A program made the translations under genes and the position numbers. The notes beneath the pieces are model-generated. The model saw nothing but the letters and a program-made list of their open reading frames with translations. It was not told the origin of the DNA and ran no database searches. A DNA stretch of 64,000 nucleotides, from assembly GCF_009914755.1 (NCBI RefSeq), contig NC_060926.1, one strand, 5' to 3'. This DNA comes from the human T2T-CHM13v2.0 reference genome, Homo sapiens. This document shows, piece after piece, positions 55,467-64,000 of the stretch. How positions within the stretch are numbered: position 1 is the first letter of the stretch; each line of letters begins with the position of its first letter.

Positions 55467-57616
55467 CAAATAAAAAAATTGCCTTGTACTATTTCTTTTT
55501 TGTCAAATGTTATATGCACTTCTTACCCCTGGAAACCATTGATCTGTTCTTTATCATAAGAGTTTTCACTTTTCCAGGATGTCATATATATGTAATCATA
55601 CAGTATGTAACCTTTTAAGTCTGTCTTCTTTCACATCTATATTGTCATGTGTATCAGCAGCTTGTTTATTTTTATTGATGAGCAAAGGTGCATTGTATAA
55701 ATGTACCAAACTTTGTTTATCCATTTACCTACTTAAGCGACAAAAAGTTTTAGGTTGTTTCTAGTTTGAGGTGATTATAAATAATGCTGCTATAAACACT
55801 TGAGTTCAGGTTTTTGTGTAAATATATTTTCATTTATTTAGTGTAAGTACCTAAGAATAAGATTACTGAAACACATATGAGTCTATTTATAAAATAAGTT
55901 TGTTGAAGTATTTTCCATAGTGCCATTTTGCATTCCTATTAAAAATGTATGAGATTTCCAGTTGCTCCAGATTCTTGTCTGCACTTGGTATTGGCATTTA
56001 AAAAAATGTTCACCATTCTATTAGGTGTGTATTGGTATCCTTTTATAATTTTACTTTGTATTTTCCTAAGGACTAATAAAATTTAACATATTTTTATGTA
56101 TTTAGCTATCATCCATAGGTACTCTGTGGTGAAGTGTCTGTTAAAATATTTTACAAACTTTTGAGTTTTTTTCCCTTGTTGTTTTAAGAGTTCTTTCCAT
56201 GTTCTGGATTTATATCCTTTGCTCAATATGTAATTTGAAAATATTTTTCCTAGCTTGTTTTTCATTCTCTTAACAATGACATTCACAGATCAAAAGTTTG
56301 TAAGTGTGATAAAATCTAAAATCTTGATTCAGCTCTATACGTTTATCAAAAATGAATTGACTATGTTTGTGTGGATGAATTATTGGACTTGCTATATGTT
56401 CCATTGATCAATATGTCTATCCTTTTGTCACTCCCACACTTTCTTGATCATTATAGCTTTATAGTGAGTCCTAAAATTAGGTAGTGTAAGTAGAGCAAAT
56501 TTGTTCTTTTTCAAAATTGTTTTGGCGATTCTAATTCCTTTGCCTTTTCATGTGAATTTTAGAATCAACCTGTTAAAATCTTGATTATTTCTGTGTAATT
56601 TTTAGTGCTTTATCAGGGATTACAATGTACATGTCTAACTTTTCACAGTCTACTTAGAGATCATATTTTATTACCTCAAGTAAGACGTAGCTGTCTTACT
56701 TGACGTAGTGTGATAGAAATAGCTATCACACTATAGGTCCCTTCGTTCCTTCCTTTATGTTATACTTGTCACATGTGTCATATCTGTGAACACTGAAAAC
56801 CATATTAAACAGTGACATATGACCTATTACAATTATTTATATTTTTATCATTTTGGTGGTTCTTCCTTCATTCTGAAGTTCCAAGTTTTCTTATTTTGTC
56901 AATGGTTCTCTGCATACAAACTTTTTTTTTTTAGCCTTTCTTTTAGAACAGGTGTACTTGTGACAAATTGTCTATTATTTTTTTTACCATTTTTGAGTAT
57001 CTTTATTTTGTTTTTATTCCTGAAGTATGTTTTCACTGGATATAGAATTCTGGAAGGACAGAGTTGTTGTTGTTTTCCCTAGCACTTTCAAAATATTGAT
57101 TCACTGTCTCTGGCATTCATGATTATTTGCAAGAGATGTGTAGTCCTTTGAATCTTCATTGCTCTCTACATAATGCCATTTTTTTCTGTCTGCTTTTAAG
57201 ATTTTTCTTAATATTTTGATTTTCAGTACTTCAGTTATGATGTATCTGGGTGTGGTTTTCTTTGAGTTTAATCTATTTGAGGCTGACTGAGCTTCTTTTA
57301 TCTATAGGATTGTCTTTCATCCAATTAGTGATGTTTTAAGCCGTTATTAAATCAAACCTTTTTTACCATACCAATCTCTATCTTTTCTCCTTTCAGAATT
57401 CTAATGACAACATGAATAACCTTTTGATAATATCCTACAAGTCTCTGAGGCTGTTTATAATATTCTCAATTTTTTTTCAGATGATATAATTCCTATTGAT
57501 TTTTATCTTCAAGTCTGCCGACTCCTTCTTCTGTTATTTCCATTCTGCTATGGCTCTCTTTCAGTGAATTTTAAAATTCTCAATAATTAATTTCTTTGTT
57601 ATAAAATTGCCATTTT

Positions 57617-57725
57617 CAGGAGAATTGCTTGAACCTGGGAGGCGGATGTTGCAGCAAGCCGAGATTGTGCCATTGCACTCCAGCCTGGGTGACAGAGCAA
57701 AACTCTGACTCAAAAAAAAAAAAAA
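57617..57725 (+). mobile_element. 5'-truncated Alu (right arm)
   Basis: caggagaattgcttgaacc...poly(A); TSD-like aaattgccat / aaatgccat. Confidence 0.9.
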
Positions 57726-58301
57726 TGCCATCTTATTCTTTTCTGTTTCTTCCGTTTCTCTCCTGACAACTATCTGTTTCAAGAGTGTTCACTCTTAATT
57801 CATGGGCCATAACTATAATTCTAATTTCCAAGTCTTTTTTGAATAATTCCAACATCTTGGTCAGTTTGGGTTTAGCATCTGCCTATTGACTGTCATTTCC
57901 CTTAAGAGTTAATCCCTTGAGATATTTTTATGATTATTCATATATCAAATATTTTTATTATATCCTGGACATTTTGAATATTATGTAATAAAATTCTGTT
58001 GCCTTTGTAATTTTCTGGAGAATGTTGTTTCTTTTAGCATGCAATCGATTTGGTTGCATTCAGACTATGAGTACTAGTCCACGTCTGTAGACTATTGTTT
58101 GAATGTCATTTTTGTTTATAAACTCCTTTGCTGTGCTATTTTCAACTGCTCTGTCGTGTGTGCCTTTGGGGTTTCTCTGAGATCTAGGCAGTAGTCTGTA
58201 CCATAGGTCAGTTCTTAAAGCTTTACTATGTTGTGTTAGGTCAGCTCCATGCATGTGCCTCTTGTGGTTGAGCTCAGGACTCCATTCAAAGTATGCTTTT
58301 T

Positions 58302-58450
58302 CCTGGGCATGGCAGCTAACACTCGTAATCTCAACTACACAGGGGCATGAGGCAGGAGGATCATCTGAGCCCAAGAGTTTGAGGCTGCAGTGATCTGTGA
58401 TTGTGCCACTTCACCACAGCCTGAGCCACAGAGCAAGACCCCATTTCTTA
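58302..58450 (+). mobile_element. FAM/FRAM-like Alu monomer
   Basis: gaggcaggaggatcatctgagcccaagagtttgaggctgcagtga. Confidence 0.75.
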
Positions 58451-59606
58451 ATTTTTTTTTTTTAAAAAGGGCAGTTTTCTCCAGCTCCTCTTCTCTATGT
58501 GTGTCCCCAATCTTTGGTTGCCAAGGGTCCCTTTCATCCACACACTTTCCAAAAAGCTGGAGTTTTAGCCTTTACGTATATACTTTCATGACTAGATCTT
58601 GTATGGGGCAAAGCAGTGAAAGCAAAGTGTGGGGGAAAAAATAATAGTGAATTTCCCCATGCTTTTCAGATTACAAGAGCATCTTTTCCCATTCTTCTGA
58701 TCAGTGAGAACTTTTATCTCCTGCCTTCTTTCATTTTTCCTAAGTTCTGAATTTCATTCCATATCTGAACCTTACCTGTCCATGAGTTTCATGCTACCCC
58801 TGAGCCTCATCCCCATTCTATTTTAGGACCTAGCTCTATTAATGATTCTCACTCCTGTCCTGAAAAGACATTTCTGAGTTTTACTCATTGTAAGACTCAC
58901 CTAACTTCCTGTCCATTTGGTCCCCTCATTTACCGTTGCCACAAGTACTCATTCTAGAAAGAAAATTTATTCTGCACATTAAGTGGTTACTCAAACAAAG
59001 CAATGTTTCTACATTTTTATGCACCCAACCAAAACCGAAAATTTTACTTTAAACTTCTATTAACTTAAGAATAAAGAGTTTGTTTACCTTTATTCATAAT
59101 TGTCTGTTTTGAGTTACCATTGCTGAATTTACAGCTGAAATGATCATACTGAAAGCAGGAACGGAAGAATTTTGTGATTATCTTATTTTTTTTTTTTACT
59201 TTTTTTTGACATTTAAAAACAGGATACTAGAATTATATTTACTATAAAAATTTTCTTCAGTCTCTTTCCTTTCTTCCAGATAATGTGGCTCACTGAGTTT
59301 TTGCTCAAAATAAAATAGTTTTTTGGGCCTCCGTCAAGATGCTAAATTGGATTTTTCTTCACTGGTGTTTTATGAGGTGTTAATTTTGCTCGTTTCCAAA
59401 AAGAAGTGACTTTTCACAATCATTTATTCTTGGTCTCTAACTTCTTGGGACACAGACATAAGGATTAGGAAATGAGGTGAGAGGTAAGGTGTAAATGTTG
59501 TCAACTGCATACTTTAGATGACATAATCTGTGAATTGAAATCCTTGCTTACTTATTTGATTAGATTAACTTCTCAGGATACTGAGCAAACATCAAAAGAA
59601 AGTTTA

Positions 59607-59996
<390 letters not shown>

Positions 59997-60919
59997 TTAG
60001 ATTAATATAAATGCCCGATTAGAGAGATGACTTTTCAGAAACTGCTTTTTTATCTTTAGGCAAAGAGTCAAACTTTACAGAGAAAAACTTAGGAGGAACA
60101 TTTCAATTTATATGAACAAACCTATCTTTAAATTTAGAAAAAAGGCAGTAAGTTTATCGGTTTTAAAAAATTTGTTTCTAGTAATACATTGTATTTAGAA
60201 GGTAGGCTATCATTTTATCAAATTAATCATGACAATATACAGAGCTGAAAACATAAGCAATTGATGTCTTGGAATATAATGATTGAGAAAATACTTCTAA
60301 AAATTCATGATAATTTTGTTCAGTAAATATGGCAAATTCAACATTCTAATTAAATGTGACATTTGTTAAGCAAATAATGAGTGAAATACTGTATAGGGAT
60401 ACATTAATTGTAAATTTTGTGTTTTAATTAATTAAATGTTAAATTTCTTTTGTTTTATTTTTCCTATTTTCTTCAAAACATTTTAAAATATAAGAAATAT
60501 ATTTTATAAGATATAAAACATTAAAATACATTTGAGGCCACCTTTGTTTCTTTTTCAACATCCATTTCCTCCCCCGTTCACCAGATGCCACTACTTTAAT
60601 TGATTTGATATTAATCATTCCAATACATTTAAAAAATGCTATTACATAAAATATTGATTTCTCTTCTTTTAAAACCTTTACAAATGGTGTTTGTGAAAAC
60701 GTACCATAGTACATACAGCTTTTATCACTCTATATTTTCCAGTGTCCATATCAAACGCATTTCCATAGATATGAAGTTTATTCATTTTTCTCTGTGTAAG
60801 ATCCCATTTTGTAAATATGTCATATTTTACTCATTCATTCATTGTCTCAAATATGTTTCGGTTTTTCCAATTTTTTAGTATTGCAACAACGAAACAGTGA
60901 ATATACTTTGGCATACTTT

Positions 60920-61060
60920 ATTCAAACTTTTTTTTCTGTAAAAGTCCAGATAATAAATATTTTCAGCTTTGTGAGCCAAGAGGACACCTATTCTACCTTT
61001 GTAATGAGACAGTACCCACAGATAATACAGGCCATGGCTGTGTTTGTAGTCAGTAGCCAT
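60920..61060. mobile_element. MER58-like hAT fragment
   Basis: caaactttttttctgtaaaagtccagataataaatattttcagctttgtgagcca. Confidence 0.65.
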
Positions 61061-61103
61061 GGTTTTATGTAATTCTTTATATTTATTTTGCAGGTTATCT
61101 TTC

Positions 61104-61423
61104 TTTTTTTTTTTTTTTTTTAGTCTTACCAAATATTTATTTATTTATTTATTTTTATTTTTTATTATTATTATACTTTAAGTTTTAGGGTACATGTGCA
61201 CAATGTGCAGGCTAGTTATATATGTATACATGTGCCATGCTGGTGCGCTGCACCCACTAACTCGTCATCTAGCATTAGGTATATCTCCCAATGCTATCCC
61301 TCCCCCCTTCCCCCCACCCCACAACAGTTCCCAGAGTGTGATGTTCCCCTTCCTGTGTCCATGTATTCTCATTGTTCAATTCCCACCTATGAGTGAGAAT
61401 ATGCGATGTTTGGTTTTTTGTTC
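61104..61423 (-). mobile_element. Young 5'-truncated L1PA (L1PA2/3-like) 3' end
   Basis: tatactttaagttttagggtacatgtgcac...tctagcattaggtatatctcccaatgctatcc; TSD ttatctttc (61095-61103 / 61424-61432). Confidence 0.92.
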
Positions 61424-62894
61424 TTATCTTTCAACTTATTTTCAATTTTTACTCCCAAATCAATGAATTATATAACCAGCAAAAAAAGTATTAAATGTTT
61501 GCCATTTAAATCTTTGAGTTTAAAATTTAATTGTGAACACATTCCACAGGACACTGTATTAGGTGGTTACAGGCTTTATTCACAGACTATAATTCATGTG
61601 CCTTATATTATGCATGACTTAAAGGGTTTTCAAGGGGAAACTTAAAATAAATTCACTTTAATAAAAATTGAATTTGTTCTCAACTGGAAAGGAGATGGTT
61701 TCTAAATGAGCCAACAGTTTGGGTCATTTAGAAAACATAATTTTGAAAATATAGGCATGAGCAATACTATTTCCTTTGTCAAGAGTAAGACAATTATACT
61801 AATGTTACTGCAAAGGAGTTCAGATTTTATGTATTTCTGTTAGCTGTCATGTTTCCATAGAAACAGTGACTGAGAAAATCAGTGTTAATTTCGGCTCCTT
61901 CACCTTGTCATTCTAACACAACATACATCTGTGTGTATAAAATATGTGTTTATACACACACAGAAGAATATATATGAAAATAATATTAATTTTTATTATT
62001 TTTAACAAACACACTGAAACTCAAATTCTTTATAGAGATGTGAGTTGGAAAAGTAAACTAAAATCCCCAGAGCAGAATAAGGTCATCTTTATTTAACTTT
62101 ATGTCATCCATTCTCTTTTCATTAAATTAATAAAAATAGACATGGCCTGTATGAGATTCTAGATAATAGTTTTGTATTGAACTGCATGTAAAAATAATAT
62201 GAAGTTTTGCTTTATTAAATGAAAAGTCTATTTCATGAATAAGCCAATATTAGATTATTTAATAGTGATGATTTTATAATTTATTGCTATTCAGTGTTAT
62301 TACTTGAATAGAAAGTGCATAATTAAAAAATCTTTGCTATTAAAATATTTCTAGGTCAAAATTTGGCATACTTAAAGACACTTGACATTTTAAACCTGGA
62401 GACTCCTCAAAGAATATGATGAATATTGTCAATTCTTGCATAGAAAAGTTTGTTTCTTCAATATGGCATTAATGCAAAAGCAGTATCGTACTTCTCTGGA
62501 TATTTTTCAAATGTTGGATTGTGATGGGAAATTACGATCTTACTATTTTCTACCAATTTTTTTAAATGTGTAATTTAATAGAAGGATGTCAACTTTCTTT
62601 GTGGAATAATGCATTCAACAACAGTGTTGTGGAATATGAAAGAATAGTAGCAATAATTTGTTTGAGCTTATGTAAAAAGTTAAGCCAGGAGGTATCTTAG
62701 GTACTCTAAGTTCTTTTTCTTAGGTACACAAGTTTAGGATAGGCGAGTAATGCAAATGAGAGTTCTTTCCAGTAGATGCAGGGTTTTGATAATATATTTT
62801 TAATCATTTACAGGACTATTTACATTCTCATATCCCTAGAGTTGCTGGATATTTTCAATTGAGTTAATTAATGATAGTCATATTATTAACTGTT

Positions 62895-62990
62895 ACTACT
62901 TGCAGGGCACTAACTATGTGCCAGCACCATGCTTCACACTTCACATTTGTTATTTCGTTAGAATTGCTAATTCTAGAAGACAAGTGCTGT
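62895..62990 (-). mobile_element. MIR fragment
   Basis: gcactaactatgtgccagcaccatgct. Confidence 0.5.
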
Positions 62991-63484
62991 TATTTCTCTG
63001 ATGCCACAGATGCTCAAGAAATCAAACCCAGCCAGTCTCAGCCCAAAGCTTGTCTCTCAACCATTGTCGACACCACCTGTTGATACAAATCGCTTCGTTA
63101 ATTCATCTTAATTTTCTTCATTTAGGCAAATTGATTATCTCTGGTTTAATCAATTCAGCCTGCGGAAAGAATCATATTCCTTAAAACAACTCAATTGAGC
63201 CCTGTACCCATTATTACTTATTTTGTGAATACTATTCCACCCCTATTTATTAAATTACTAACTTTAATTAATGAAAGAAAAATCATCATGAATATTTATT
63301 TTGTGGAGGGAAATAGTCATTCAAACAAATTTTTAGTATTTTAAAATCTTTTCTTTTTTGATTCTGCTTTATGTGTTGTCTACAAGTGAATGGCTTAAAT
63401 TTGCAATGGAAAATAATATAGGTCGTCTTAACATCTTTCAATACAATTTTAATATTTTCTTCAAAGCCCCTTATGTCTTTGGTT

Positions 63485-63518
<34 letters not shown>

Positions 63519-63711
63519 GAGGTGCCTTCTTCAAAACTATTTACATTTCATGTTTAAAAATTACATTTTACTTTTGGGTATTGATGTTTAATACAGCATG
63601 TGTGCAAAGCTCCCTCTTGCTTTCTGTGTAGACTATATGACTGCATGGTTACAGAAACAAGAGCTCACACTAATACCTCCAACTCCAACCCAACTCCATA
63701 GTGGTAGATTC

Positions 63712-64000
<289 letters not shown>

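Larger units (their letters stand above)
56585..58720 (-). mobile_element. Old L1M 5'/ORF1 remnant
   Basis: ttttcactggatatagaattctgg...agcacttt.aaaatattg...cactgtct signature. Confidence 0.7.

Overview
AT-rich primate (most likely human) genomic DNA dominated by interspersed repeats; I see no intact protein-coding gene. Main elements: (1) a full-length but decayed class I (gamma-like) endogenous retrovirus on the minus strand (1967-11603) with LTR9-like LTRs, gag-pro-pol-env and a tRNA-Gly primer-binding site; (2) a processed SNF8 pseudogene (54210-55466) nested in an old L1 and itself interrupted by an Alu; (3) solo LTRs (MER4, MER11, MSTA, MLT1, LTR16), ERVL internal remnants, L1/L2/MIR pieces, about 15 Alus, a piggyBac MITE (MER85) and microsatellites. 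Beyond the repeats, the unique DNA at about 13.7-26 kb holds a co-oriented series of minus-strand exon-like blocks with stop codons, one split by an Alu and one duplicated. Their translations look LRR/IQ-like, so this may be the ruin of an unannotated multi-exon gene. Weaker plus-strand exon-like blocks lie at 59-62.7 kb. Repeat family and subfamily names come from recalled consensus sequences, not from a database search.
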